Positions 11,216 through 21,617 of a stretch of DNA of 64,000 nt are shown piece after piece. The notes below the pieces were generated by a model. That model saw only the letters and a list, made by a program, of their open reading frames with translations, searched no databases and was not told the DNA's origin. The translations under genes and the position numbers were made by a program. This stretch comes from an uncultured Spirochaetota bacterium. GTDB taxonomy: Bacteria > Spirochaetota > Brevinematia > Brevinematales > JAOACQ01. Each line of letters begins with the position of its first letter. The first letter of the stretch is position 1. The DNA lies in the NCBI GenBank assembly GCA_963783575.1, contig CAWAOD010000013.1, positions 228,826 through 292,825 of the forward strand, given 5' to 3'.

Positions 11216-13325
11216 CAAGAGGCCGCTGGTTTTTACAAGAGTGAACAATTTTTTCAATATTATATTAAAGAGCCGTGATTTGAAAGTAATAATAAAATAT
11301 TTCAAAAGGTTTGCTATTCCTCTGCTTTTATTGTCTTTGTTGATGGTATTTTTGTATCTGCTCAATTTTCTTGCGATTAACTGTACAATTCAATTTAAAA
11401 ATCTGGAAATAAGTTCTATTCTGCCCGACGGTATTTTATCCGGCAAGCATCCGGTAACCCTGCCTTTATCGGAATTATCCACAATAACAACCGGTTATAT
11501 CTATACAGGGAACTTCGATTATCATCCTCTTTCCATAACAAAATTGAGAATTATTCCCGATGATGATTTTCAATATATTAAAATCAATGGAAATGAGATA
11601 TCTCTTGCCGGGATAAGCCCGGGGAGACTTAAGGACTGGAACAGCGGATTTGTTCTGGATATCGGCGGAGCTGTAAAAAATGGAAATAATACCATTGAAA
11701 TGAAAATAGGCGATCATGGCGGAAGATATGGTTTAAATATTTTGAATGCTGAATTTTTATTGATCCCGTTAATGCTGTCAATTCTTATAATTATTTACCT
11801 GACTGCCTGTGCTTTGTCAGGTTATATCCTCAGGAAACTTCGCTTTGACTGGATTACGATAGCAATATTTTCAGCCGGAATTATTGTGCATCTGGTCTTT
11901 CTAACTAATACAAAATTTGATCAATACTCATATGATCTGTTTGAAGGCGGGACAGGGCATATTAATTATATTGAATATGTTGCAACAAATTACGCGCTGC
12001 CGAGGCCGGATATCGGCTGGGCTTATTATCACCCTCCTCTTTATTACATTTCGGCGGCTATTGTTTATAAAATAGCTGAATTCACAGGTATCAGGAATGT
12101 TTATAAAGCTCTTCAATCATTTTCCATGCTGTATTATTTTGGATTTTTGATTTTCGGACTTCTATTCCTCAGAAGGGTTGTACCGAAAAAGCCGCTTTTT
12201 TATCTTTCAGCCGCAATGCTCCTTTTCTGGCCGTCGGGATTTATTCATGCCATCCGGATCGGCAATGACACTGCTTTTTATTTATTTTTCATGGCAGGTT
12301 TATATTTTTCCAACGAGTGGTACCTGTCAGGCCGGATCGATAAACTCTACTGGGCTACAATAATTGCGACTTTATGTTTTATCACGAAAACAAACGGGAT
12401 TGTGCTTTTTGGTATTATAAGCCTGGTTTTACTGGCCGGGCTTTTTAAAGAAGATGATAAATTAAAGTACCTGAAAAAGACAGTCTGGATTTTTCTCATA
12501 TTCCTCGCCGGATTTTCAATAGGCAGGTTTGATAATTATTATTACGCACTTAAAGATAAGAACAAAGACTGGATTTTTGCCGGCTTGATCAATACAACCA
12601 GCAACGTTGACGGCAGGCTTTATGTTGAAAACAAACCTTTGAACTATCTATATTTCGACATCCCGGTGTTCTTAAACGAACCTTACATCAGTACAAGGGA
12701 TGATAAGACCGGCAGGCAGTATTTCTGGAACTTTCTTATAAAATCCGGCTTCTTCGGCGAATTTACTTTCCCGCTTAATTATCATAGAAATATTGCGTTT
12801 TATATGAGCCTGACATTTTTGTTTTTAATATTAAACTTTATTACAGGTTCAACTATCTGGGCTTTTTTAAAATTGAGGAAATCGGAACCTGTCAGGATAA
12901 ATTATAGATATCCCCTCATTTCCTCATTTGTTTTTAGGAGCAAAGCGGGGAATTTCCGTAAAAGTAGAAATAACTTGGAATTCATCAGCACTTCTCTACC
13001 TCGCAGGCGGCTAAATATAACCGGTGAAATGTCCGTTTATTTTACTGGGTATGATAAAAAGAGGCTCATTCCTTTTGGTATTGTAATACTGAATCTGTTC
13101 ATTTTTATCATTTTATTAATATTAAACAGAATAAAAAGTCCGTTATCATGCCTGGCTGATTTCAGGTACGTTTATCCTGTGATTATCAGTTTTATCGTTA
13201 TGAACAGCTTCACAATGGAATATTTTTATGAAAAAAAAATGAGGCTTATCGCAGCTGCCGGATTTATCCTTTCATTGATATTTATTATTTTAAGCGGAAT
13301 GTTTTTTGTTTACGGAACTTATTAA
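11190..13325 (+). CDS. Polytopic GT-C-fold glycosyltransferase (ArnT/PMT-like) with N-terminal extracytoplasmic domain; start uncertain
   Basis: YD...HINYI...YYHPPLYY, IGND, many TM segments, RYVYP near the C-terminus. Confidence 0.7.
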   Translation: MMLLRRNSDKRPLVFTRVNNFFNIILKSRDLKVIIKYFKRFAIPLLLLSLLMVFLYLLNFLAINCTIQFKNLEISSILPDGILSGKHPVTLPLSELSTITTGYIYTGNFDYHPLSITKLRIIPDDDFQYIKINGNEISLAGISPGRLKDWNSGFVLDIGGAVKNGNNTIEMKIGDHGGRYGLNILNAEFLLIPLMLSILIIIYLTACALSGYILRKLRFDWITIAIFSAGIIVHLVFLTNTKFDQYSYDLFEGGTGHINYIEYVATNYALPRPDIGWAYYHPPLYYISAAIVYKIAEFTGIRNVYKALQSFSMLYYFGFLIFGLLFLRRVVPKKPLFYLSAAMLLFWPSGFIHAIRIGNDTAFYLFFMAGLYFSNEWYLSGRIDKLYWATIIATLCFITKTNGIVLFGIISLVLLAGLFKEDDKLKYLKKTVWIFLIFLAGFSIGRFDNYYYALKDKNKDWIFAGLINTTSNVDGRLYVENKPLNYLYFDIPVFLNEPYISTRDDKTGRQYFWNFLIKSGFFGEFTFPLNYHRNIAFYMSLTFLFLILNFITGSTIWAFLKLRKSEPVRINYRYPLISSFVFRSKAGNFRKSRNNLEFISTSLPRRRLNITGEMSVYFTGYDKKRLIPFGIVILNLFIFIILLILNRIKSPLSCLADFRYVYPVIISFIVMNSFTMEYFYEKKMRLIAAAGFILSLIFIILSGMFFVYGTY

Positions 13326-15030
13326 TAAAAGTCTGCCGTTTTGCCTTTGAAGGAAATAAATAATTCATCAGATCGTATAAAATCATAATTATAGCTGTAA
13401 GTATCCCGATAGATAATATTGGGAGGGCAACAGGAGGGGTGAGGCCCATCAGGAAAGGGCCGTAACTGAGAAATGAGATTAATATTATAATTACCGGCAA
13501 ATAAAAATATTTCGGGAAATAGAAAGCGAAAATAATGGATATGATATCGGCAGCAAAATAATATCTCTCATGCATCCTTGGCAGCAGAAAGGGAATTATT
13601 AAAACCGAAATCAGCGATAGTTTAATAACCAGATCATTGGTTATAAATCTCCGGGTCCTTAGTAAGGCAAGTGAAATAATAAATACTGCCGCGGTAGTAA
13701 GAATTATACCGGCCGGGACAAAAGTACCGGCAAGACCTGGGGAAAGCCATTGATAAAAATTTGCGCAGCCGTAAGATAAAAGATTTCCGAAGGCAGACGC
13801 CTGATTTACATATATCAGATACATATCCTGAACCGGCCTTCCAAGTAATATGCAGGGAATGAATGATGAAATATAAGCTGCCGGTATAAGCAGGAAGTAT
13901 TTCCAGTGAATCTCCTTTTTTATCAAAAGGAAGAAATATAAAGGCGTGATGAAAACAGACTGCAGTTTAAATGAAAGGGCAAACCCTAAAAATATAAAGG
14001 CTGCAATCAACTTGTGTTTGATTATATAATAAATCGAAGCGATTATCAATCCAGTATAAATAATATCGCACTGTCCCCACATCTGAGTGTTTAAAATCAT
14101 TGTCGGTGAAAACAGAATGGTATAAAAAGCAATAACAGGGAGATCAATCGCTTTATCCCAGCTTCCGGTTCTTTCATTAACTATAAGAGCAGCATATACC
14201 GAAGCGAGAATCTCAAACAGAAAATAAATCAGTTTTATTGCAAGGGCCTTTTTAATAGGCAGGTAAACCGCAAAAGTTATCAAATATATAAATAATGGGG
14301 TATAATCATAGAATTTATCCTTCAGGGCAAATATTCCGTTATGATTCTTTATATAATCGTGCCAGCCCAGGAAAACACTGAAATCGCCGCTTCCGTAATC
14401 CTTCATATAATAACAGATCAGTACGGAAAGAATTCCGAGTAAAACGGCTATAATTACAGCCTGATTTCCTGACATCTTTTTGTGCAGGTTGAAAAATAAT
14501 AAAGGGATCGAAATCATAATGGCTGATAAGATAAAAAGGATAGCGATTAAAATATCCGTGATTAATGCATGGCTGTAATCCGGTTTGATCTCCAGCGCGC
14601 TTCTGCCGCCGTAATTCCGGAGCCCGATTTCTATTCTGTTTTTCCCAAATTTTAAGTATTTGCCGAGTTCGAAATAAAAACCTGTGTAATAATCCTGCAG
14701 CGAGCCGGAATTTAACTGATCCAGTGGGATATCAGCGGCGTTAACCTTCAGATAGAGAAATTTGTCGTCAGGTATTATATGAACCCATATTGGTGTGATT
14801 AGATTCCGGGTCATTACCCCTTTTATTAAAAAATCTCCGGTGGGTGCCGAAGTGTCCTCAAAGGGCATGGCAAAGGAATTACTTGATCCTCCCGGATATA
14901 TTATTTCAGCATTCTGTAATTTTAATATTGATAAATTTAGTAAGATAACTGTTAAAATGATCGATAGAATTACCGCTGCAGCCAATAGAATAAACCGCAT
15001 TTTCCGTCTTTTATCTAGAATTAAAAACAT
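13285..15030 (-). CDS. Polytopic GT-C-fold mannosyltransferase-like protein with N-terminal extracytoplasmic domain
   Basis: DYTPLFIY, WGQCDIIY, KLQSVF and PRMHERYYF motifs of bacterial GT-C mannosyltransferase-like proteins. Confidence 0.75.
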   Translation of the reverse strand: MFLILDKRRKMRFILLAAAVILSIILTVILLNLSILKLQNAEIIYPGGSSNSFAMPFEDTSAPTGDFLIKGVMTRNLITPIWVHIIPDDKFLYLKVNAADIPLDQLNSGSLQDYYTGFYFELGKYLKFGKNRIEIGLRNYGGRSALEIKPDYSHALITDILIAILFILSAIMISIPLLFFNLHKKMSGNQAVIIAVLLGILSVLICYYMKDYGSGDFSVFLGWHDYIKNHNGIFALKDKFYDYTPLFIYLITFAVYLPIKKALAIKLIYFLFEILASVYAALIVNERTGSWDKAIDLPVIAFYTILFSPTMILNTQMWGQCDIIYTGLIIASIYYIIKHKLIAAFIFLGFALSFKLQSVFITPLYFFLLIKKEIHWKYFLLIPAAYISSFIPCILLGRPVQDMYLIYVNQASAFGNLLSYGCANFYQWLSPGLAGTFVPAGIILTTAAVFIISLALLRTRRFITNDLVIKLSLISVLIIPFLLPRMHERYYFAADIISIIFAFYFPKYFYLPVIIILISFLSYGPFLMGLTPPVALPILSIGILTAIIMILYDLMNYLFPSKAKRQTFINKFRKQKTFRLK

Positions 15031-15060
15031 TCAATGACTCCCTGTAACAATATAAATAAA

Positions 15061-15099
15061 TTGAAATATCAAAGCAGGACTTTGAAATATCAAAGCAGG
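15061..15099. repeat. Perfect 18-bp direct repeat with 21-bp period
   Basis: TTGAAATATCAAAGCAGG at 15061-15078 and 15082-15099, in a divergent intergenic region. Confidence 0.85.
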
Positions 15100-15213
15100 G
15101 TATCGGAATTAAAACCGCAATTCTTGATAATTTCAGGAACTTTCTGTAAAATATGCCTGTTCTGGCATTGTATTGCGTTAATAAAAAAAATCTAAAGAAT
15201 AATAGGATGTTTT

Positions 15214-15981
15214 ATGCTGGCAAAAAGAATTATTCCATGTCTTGACATCGATAAAGGCAGGGTAGTAAAGGGTATTAATTTCGTGAATATAAAAGACGCC
15301 GGCGATCCTGTGGAAAACGCTGTTTTTTATAACGATGAGGGCGCGGATGAACTTGTCTTTCTGGATATTACCGCAAGCCATGAAAACCGGGAGACTCTTG
15401 TTGATGTTGCGAGAAGAGTTGCCCGTGAGATTTTCATCCCTTTCACAATCGGAGGCGGTATCAGGAAGATTGAGGATATTCGAAGCATGCTCAACGCCGG
15501 CGCGGATAAGGTTTCCATAAATTCGGCCGCGGTTAAAAACCCTGAATTTGTTAAAGAATCGGCGAGGGTATTCGGCAGCTCGACAATGGTTGTCGCAATA
15601 GACGCAAAAAGAGTATCTCCTGGTAAATGGCATGTTTTTATAAACGGAGGGCGCATCGATACAGGCCTTGACGCCGTGGAGTGGGGCAGGAAGGCTTGTT
15701 CATGCGGAGCCGGTGAAATCCTGCTTACTTCTATGGACAGGGACGGTACAAAGGACGGCTATGATATCGAACTTACAAGAAAAATATCCGAAACCGTTAC
15801 AATTCCTGTTATCGCCTCGGGAGGAGCCGGAAAGCCCGAGCACTTCCTTGAAGCCTTTAAGGATGGACTGGCGAGCGCAGCTCTGGCCGCGTCATTATTC
15901 CATTTCCGCGAGCTATCCATCACCGGGGTTAAAAATTACCTGAAGGAAAACGGTATTCCTGTCAGAATGGATTATCTATGA
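15214..15981 (+). CDS. hisF: Imidazole glycerol phosphate synthase cyclase subunit
   Basis: [50 protein letters not shown]. Confidence 0.97.
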   Translation: MLAKRIIPCLDIDKGRVVKGINFVNIKDAGDPVENAVFYNDEGADELVFLDITASHENRETLVDVARRVAREIFIPFTIGGGIRKIEDIRSMLNAGADKVSINSAAVKNPEFVKESARVFGSSTMVVAIDAKRVSPGKWHVFINGGRIDTGLDAVEWGRKACSCGAGEILLTSMDRDGTKDGYDIELTRKISETVTIPVIASGGAGKPEHFLEAFKDGLASAALAASLFHFRELSITGVKNYLKENGIPVRMDYL

Positions 15982-16890
15982 AATATCTTTTAAATATTTT
16001 TGATCTGGATGGCACCCTTGTAGACAGCCATGTTGCCATCTCAATGGCTATGAACGGTGTTCTGAGAGAAATTGGCCTGCCTGAGCAGGATACGCAAACC
16101 CTGAAAAGGATGATCGGCAGGCCGATCGAAGATATGATGAAAGCTTGCGGTATCGAAAATATTAAAAAGGGGATTGAAATTTACCGAAGTTATTATTTTC
16201 AATATATTAAAGATTATCAAAAGGTTTTTCCCGGGATTAAGGATATTCTTGACAGCCTTAAAAATAAAGTATTGCTCGCAGTAGCCACCAATAAAAGCAG
16301 GCCCGGCACACTTTTGTCGCTGGAAGGAGCAGGACTCGCCGGATATTTTGACATTATAGTAACCGAATCCGAAATCAAACATTTGAAGCCCGATCCGGAT
16401 TCATTCGGCAGGATAATCAAATTTTTCCGTTCCGAAGGAAAAATTCCTGGAAAAAGATGATATACTCATGATAGGGGACAGCCCAATCGATATTGAATTT
16501 GCCAAAAACTGCGGAATAGACGGCGCATTTGCGAAATGGGGATTTTATAAACCGGAGGATTTAACTGCAAAGGCATCATATTACTTATCGAAACCTCAAG
16601 AACTTTATAAGATTGACGGCATTGACGAAGTTGTCGAAATTGAAGTCACGAGCGAGTTGGACCTTCATACTTTTATACCGAAAGATGTCGGACTCCTGAT
16701 AAGGGATTATCTTTACACTGCGAATAAAAAGGGTTTTAAAACAGTCCGCATCATCCATGGAAAAGGAATCGGAGTGCAGAGGCGGATTGTAAGGGATATA
16801 CTGAAAAAAAGCAGCCTTGTTGAGAATTTTTACGATGCTCCTCCATATATCGGAGGCCTGGGGGCAACCATTGTCGAGCTTAAAGGCTGA
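15978..16890 (+). CDS. HAD-family (Gph-like) phosphatase fused to a C-terminal Smr domain (one extra A at 16439-16443)
   Basis: HAD motifs [18 protein letters not shown], then MIGDSPID. Smr motifs [15 protein letters not shown] and [11 protein letters not shown] are in the same frame as HAD motif IV. Confidence 0.8.
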
Positions 16891-16927
16891 ATGACCATTC
16901 CCTGATTAAACTGTCCGGAGGAACGGG

Positions 16928-17723
16928 ATGATAAATACGGCAGCTCCGCTTATTTTTGCATTTTTTTTAATTGCTGATGCGGAATTTTGTAAATTGAAGC
17001 CCCTCTATAACCCCGGCGACAGGCTTTATGTCCTTGCTTTATCCGGTTTGAGCGTAAGGCAGGATCCGGTAATTACAGGTAAAAAGCTGTTAAAAGTCCA
17101 GTATGGAGAAACTATTAAAGTTTTGATGGATCGAAAATCCCGGAAGATTTTTGAGTATGAAGGTATAAGGGGATTCTGGGTATTCTCAGAATACAATAAC
17201 ATAAGGGGCTATATGTTTGACGGTTTTTTATCCCGCCTTCCCGCTCCGAATCCCGGGTCCAGATCAATTGAAAATTATCTAGACAAACAGATCGGTATGT
17301 CTGGAGGGCCTTTATCAAACTTTAACATAAGCCCGGACGGCGGGAATACAAACTTACAGATAAGCATTAAATACAAAAATAATATAGAATATACAAAATC
17401 AACCTCGGGTAATGAGTATAAAATAAGCGTTAATATCCGAAATATCCGTGTTGAGGAAGCATTCCTGATACTTAAACTGCTGAATATTGACGCGTTGAAC
17501 GGCCTTGAAACATTCCCGGTTACCAATATGTCGGTTTATTACATTGATATTAAAAATAACACTGCCCTTTTGAAGGATATCAAAGTATTAAAAAATGATG
17601 ATGGAACGGAATTATTCGATCTTCATGCCCGGGATTCAGGACAGCGGGTATACCGGTTTTATAACTATAAAAAAGTCATTCTTAAATATGGTGGAAATAA
17701 TTCTTGGCGGAAGCTTGTTTTGA
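16928..17723 (+). CDS. Secreted SH3b-domain protein (probable frameshift near 17631)
   Basis: YVLALSGLSVRQDP...KVQYGE...GFW...GYMFDGFLS. Removing one G at 17631-17633 gives a natural end ...NMVEIILGGSLF* at 17723. Confidence 0.6.
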
Positions 17724-17761
17724 AAAGACGGTTTCAATCCTTTCCTGTTAAGGAATTCCTG

Positions 17762-19117
17762 ATGCCGGGCAGAGAAAATATCTTAAGAGAAAAGATCCTA
17801 ACATATATCCTGATAGCAATAATTATACACGGAATAATACTTATTTATTGCGGAAGTTTTATAATCGGCGGCAGTAATGGCGGGCTTAATAATATTGCAA
17901 AAAACAGGAGCATTGATCTTTTTACGATTGAAGACTCTGCAGAACGTGGAAGAAAAAAAACACAGTCCCGCAGTCTCATAGGGAAAAAGGTTAATCACTC
18001 GGCCTTGAATAATTTTCCTGGAAATAAAACACAAAATACACCTGAAATCAAACAGCCGTTGACCAATACAAATCAGATCATGCCCGGTGAAATTGTAACA
18101 AATTCAAATTATACACTTTCAATGAATGCAAATTCTTTGTCCGGAATTATTACAATTCAGCCGGAAATATCAAATATAATAGCTTCGAATTCAATAAATA
18201 CGCAGGAAATATCCGTAAAAGAGCCGGTAAATGAGAAATTAACGGATATTATAAATCAAAATAATATATCCGAAAGCGGATCAAATGAGACGATTACTAT
18301 ATCATCTCAAACAATGATGATATCATCGCAGGTTGAAACAATTTCAAATGAAACAGCGGCTGTTTTAACGCAAACAAATGTTCCGCAGGAAACAGGAGAT
18401 TTATTTTTTAATATCGGCGAAAAAATCGATTATGACGTTGAGGTTCAGGTCGATAAACTGCCATATATTAAGGGGACTGTTGGTACAGTTGAAGTTAAAG
18501 TTAAGGAAGTGACAAACATCCGGGAAAGGCCGGTCTTTCACTGCACAGCGGATGTAAGGTCGCTCGATTCTATAATAAACTTATATGTTCTTAAAGACTT
18601 TTTTGAGACCTGGTTTGACGCCGAATTTCTTGAGACTTACCAGATCGAGAAAAACGTCCGGGAAGGCGGCTGGCTAGATTATATCACCAACTTTTTTCAT
18701 TCCGGGGAAGGATACGGGATCGTCCATTCAAAATCAACAGGCCCGGATGGCAACCGTTACGACATGCTGCCGCATTCTTACGATATCATCACCCTTCTGT
18801 TCTTTCTCAGGATTACCGAAAAGGATAAGCCCCTTGATATAAACTGGGTGGCGGATTTCGGCCAGAAGAAAAATTTAAAAATCGAATTTTCCGAGGGCGG
18901 TGAACTGGAATTGAACCTTAATGGGAAAAAGGAGATGATCAGGACCCTGATTGCCCATGAAAAGGACACGGGAATTACGGTCTACCTGGCAAAGGATTAC
19001 GACAACATGCCTGTTAAAGCAGTAATCCCCGCTTTTAAGATTGTCGGTTATACAATTAACCTGAACGCGACGTTCAAAAGATATTTGCCGGGGCAAAAGA
19101 CGCAGAAGAACTGGTAA
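17762..19117 (+). CDS. Membrane-anchored protein with low-complexity linker and C-terminal DUF3108-like domain
   Basis: AAGGA RBS before ATG 17762, N-terminal TM (AIIIHGIIL), N/T/S-rich linker, FNIGEKIDYDV...SYDIITLLFFLR. Confidence 0.6.
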   Translation: MPGRENILREKILTYILIAIIIHGIILIYCGSFIIGGSNGGLNNIAKNRSIDLFTIEDSAERGRKKTQSRSLIGKKVNHSALNNFPGNKTQNTPEIKQPLTNTNQIMPGEIVTNSNYTLSMNANSLSGIITIQPEISNIIASNSINTQEISVKEPVNEKLTDIINQNNISESGSNETITISSQTMMISSQVETISNETAAVLTQTNVPQETGDLFFNIGEKIDYDVEVQVDKLPYIKGTVGTVEVKVKEVTNIRERPVFHCTADVRSLDSIINLYVLKDFFETWFDAEFLETYQIEKNVREGGWLDYITNFFHSGEGYGIVHSKSTGPDGNRYDMLPHSYDIITLLFFLRITEKDKPLDINWVADFGQKKNLKIEFSEGGELELNLNGKKEMIRTLIAHEKDTGITVYLAKDYDNMPVKAVIPAFKIVGYTINLNATFKRYLPGQKTQKNW

Positions 19118-19153
19118 AACTTCTTACTTTCTTTCCTGAAAACGTCAGGAAAT

Positions 19154-19174
19154 AACCGCCCGAGAGGGCGGGTT
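19154..19174. terminator. GC-rich hairpin, possible terminator
   Basis: AACCGCCC-GAGA-GGGCGGGTT downstream of the stop at 19117. No clear U-tract. Confidence 0.35.
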
Positions 19175-19267
19175 GCTATCGGAAGCTTGCTGCGTCAAAA
19201 CACACTCACGCCGATGCGGCCTTTATTCCACATCCGTGTCTCAGCATCGGCCGCCGGCCGCATCCTT

Positions 19268-19416
19268 GGGTTCACTGAAAATCAGCATAAATCTTAAAAT
19301 ATTTAATAAACAGTATTTAATTGGTGTCATATCCTGTTTTATAACAATGAGTTATAAAAGCAATTAGAAAAGGTTGGTTATAGTTTTCAAATTTTAACTC
19401 ATTTTTCAGTGAACCC
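19268..19416. mobile_element. 149-bp MITE
   Basis: 14-bp perfect TIR GGGTTCACTGAAAA / TTTTCAGTGAACCC. Flanked by ATCCTT at 19262-19267 and 19417-19422. No coding capacity. Confidence 0.85.
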
Positions 19417-19422
19417 ATCCTT

Positions 19423-21272
19423 GATTTTGCTGAAAAATAATGTAAAAAAACAACCGTCTTTTCCAAATTTTAAATATTTTTTAATTTTTACCTAAGACAC
19501 AGATCAATTTTGCCTTACGTCATTATTTACCTCTTTTTCCCCGGATTCTTTGAGCATTATACCCTCTATGTTACTCTATTAAGCCAATATTCCTTCAGAT
19601 ATTGGCAACTTTTGTTGTAATGACAATATTTTCTTAATATATCTTTTGAAGTTCACCGCTGCCCCTGTCATTAAATACTGGAATTGTCTGCCTTCTGTTC
19701 CTTTATATTTTATTTTCCTGAGTCCATGAAATCTTACCGATTCGCTGATTGTGCCTTCTACCTGCGCCCTTACACTCATTTCGCTTTTAAATTTAGCGGT
19801 TTTTTGTTCTTCCCTCCGTTTTCTCAAATGATCGTAATCCATCCCGACTCTTATTATGCGCATCTTTTCCCTTCCGGCTACACAATCTTTGAAGAAGGCG
19901 CAGGCCATACATTCATTCTTTGGAAATATTATACAATAAGCATTATCACCATTTTTTTTATGTCTTTCACTTCTAACGCCCTTCGGACAGGTAGCTGTCA
20001 GGTTTTTCATATCAATCTTGAAATTTTCTAATTTAAAATTCTTTGGCTTTAATGAAGTGTCTTTCTGTACATAACCCATCAGATTTTCTCCACGTTCTTC
20101 GAATTCCCTTATTGCCGTTCCGCTTAAATAATTTGTATCTGCATATGTCTTATCAGGCTTCAAGCCCCTTTCATCATTCATCTCTTTGAGCTTAGGAAGA
20201 ATTTTATTATCATTCTCATTCGCAGGCTGTTGTATCATACCGACTATAAAATTGATTTCCCCTTTCTCCGCGGTTTCAACAACATGGCACTTTTCTCCTA
20301 CCCAACTTGTTTTACCCTTTTTGCCCAGTTTCAATGTCGGATCGTCAGGCGTGAAAATCGTTTGCTTCGGGGTTACTATTTCTTCCACTTCAATGAATTC
20401 TTTATTCCCCACTTCCTTTGTCCGGATGATCACATTCTCAGAAAAAATAGTTTCCATAATCTCTAATTGCCTCAATTCTTTAAGGCTTTCTGCCGGATTA
20501 TCCATAATGCCCCTCTTAATCCTGAAACCGTCTTCAACAATCTCTGCCTGCCTGTCTCCCCGTTTTTCTTTTGATAATCCGAAGGAACTGAAATCTTTAC
20601 TGTAACGTTCCTGTATATCATCCGGAATCATCTTGTTATAATATTCAGGGTCAATTTTTCCTATCTCTATAACAACCCATTTTACTGCCCGAAACAGAAG
20701 ATCAGTAGTGGATATTCTGTTTAAATGCTTTACAACATGAGTCGCATCAATCCTTTGCTTGGCATGGTCTCTAATGAAACCCTTTTTCTTGATTTGATTT
20801 AATAGAGTGTCAAATATGATGCACATTTTATCGTTTTCTATAAGTCTTTTCCTGAATACGCAAAGTGTGCTGGCTTCAAAGATATCCTTAGCGGCAACTT
20901 CAAGATGCAGGCCAATTTTCCAGTCAAGTCTTGTGTTAACGGCTTTTACCGTTTCATCGTCGGACAGTGATTCTTTCCATTGAAGTAATGTTACCATAGC
21001 AAGGAATGAAGGTGATCTGCAATTTCTTCCAACGTCTGAATAACAATCTTTAAAAGGCTCGTTATTAAATATTGGGAAAAGCTCTTTACTGAACACTTGC
21101 ATTGGATCGGAAGGCTTCAGGAAATCTTTCATCACTATATGTGCCGAATAGAGACTTTCTTCTTTTTCTTTTGGTAAAGACATATAAGTCCTCATTTGTA
21201 AATTATTATTAATATTATAACACGTATCTATATAAATAGCGATGATTGCCCTCTACATTTTTCAGCAAAATC
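19423..21272 (-). mobile_element. IS1182-like insertion sequence (1850 bp)
   Basis: 16-bp perfect TIR GATTTTGCTGAAAAAT / ATTTTTCAGCAAAATC. 6-bp direct repeat ATCCTT on both sides. Confidence 0.92.
19579..21195 (-). CDS. DDE transposase (IS1182/IS5-like)
   Basis: QRIDATH, YADTNY, CPKG...CMAC..FKDC, RAQVEGTISE. Confidence 0.9.
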   Translation of the reverse strand: MRTYMSLPKEKEESLYSAHIVMKDFLKPSDPMQVFSKELFPIFNNEPFKDCYSDVGRNCRSPSFLAMVTLLQWKESLSDDETVKAVNTRLDWKIGLHLEVAAKDIFEASTLCVFRKRLIENDKMCIIFDTLLNQIKKKGFIRDHAKQRIDATHVVKHLNRISTTDLLFRAVKWVVIEIGKIDPEYYNKMIPDDIQERYSKDFSSFGLSKEKRGDRQAEIVEDGFRIKRGIMDNPAESLKELRQLEIMETIFSENVIIRTKEVGNKEFIEVEEIVTPKQTIFTPDDPTLKLGKKGKTSWVGEKCHVVETAEKGEINFIVGMIQQPANENDNKILPKLKEMNDERGLKPDKTYADTNYLSGTAIREFEERGENLMGYVQKDTSLKPKNFKLENFKIDMKNLTATCPKGVRSERHKKNGDNAYCIIFPKNECMACAFFKDCVAGREKMRIIRVGMDYDHLRKRREEQKTAKFKSEMSVRAQVEGTISESVRFHGLRKIKYKGTEGRQFQYLMTGAAVNFKRYIKKILSLQQKLPISEGILA

Positions 21273-21587
21273 ATCCTTGCGGCCTATCTCTGTGAGTGTG
21301 TTTTGCCTCCGCTTAACATTCCGAAAGCCTTGTAAAGGAAGAATAGCCGGGAGATTGATAAATGATTCTTTTATGTTCAATATTAACTAAAAATTATCGG
21401 TTCATTTATGGTTATTGGCCGGCTGTTCCGGGGATTGTTGTTTAAAGGAATTTACTTGCAGGGTTTCTTATTCATTTTAATAACTAATATGGAAATGGAA
21501 CTAATACTTAGGTGAGAATTTACAGCCTTATGACAGATTGTAAAGTTAGCGTACAAGAAAAAATTGACATTTAATAAACAACCAAGC

Positions 21588-21617
21588 TTGACAGCCAATA
21601 ACCAAAAGTATTATAAT
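21588..21617 (+). promoter_or_regulatory. Sigma70-type promoter of the ankyrin gene
   Basis: TTGACA (21588-21593), 18-bp spacer, TATAAT (21612-21617). Confidence 0.6.

Larger units (their letters stand above)
19196..21305. repeat. Palindromic host element (about 100 bp when empty) interrupted by a MITE and an IS
   Basis: Outer arms CAAAACACACTCAC (19196-19209) and GTGAGTGTGTTTTG (21292-21305). The inner hairpin GGCCGC-ATCCTT-GCGGCC is split by the insertions. Confidence 0.8.

Noticed and set aside
16928..19117. 729-aa SH3-TM-DUF3108 'fusion' in the ORF track
   Set aside because: Probably an artefact. Deleting one G at 17631-17633 gives a natural stop at 17723, and a second gene starts at ATG 17762 with its own RBS.
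19200..19262. GC-rich stem-loops that might be a tRNA
   Set aside because: No T-loop or D-loop consensus and no cloverleaf. Better explained as part of the palindromic host element.
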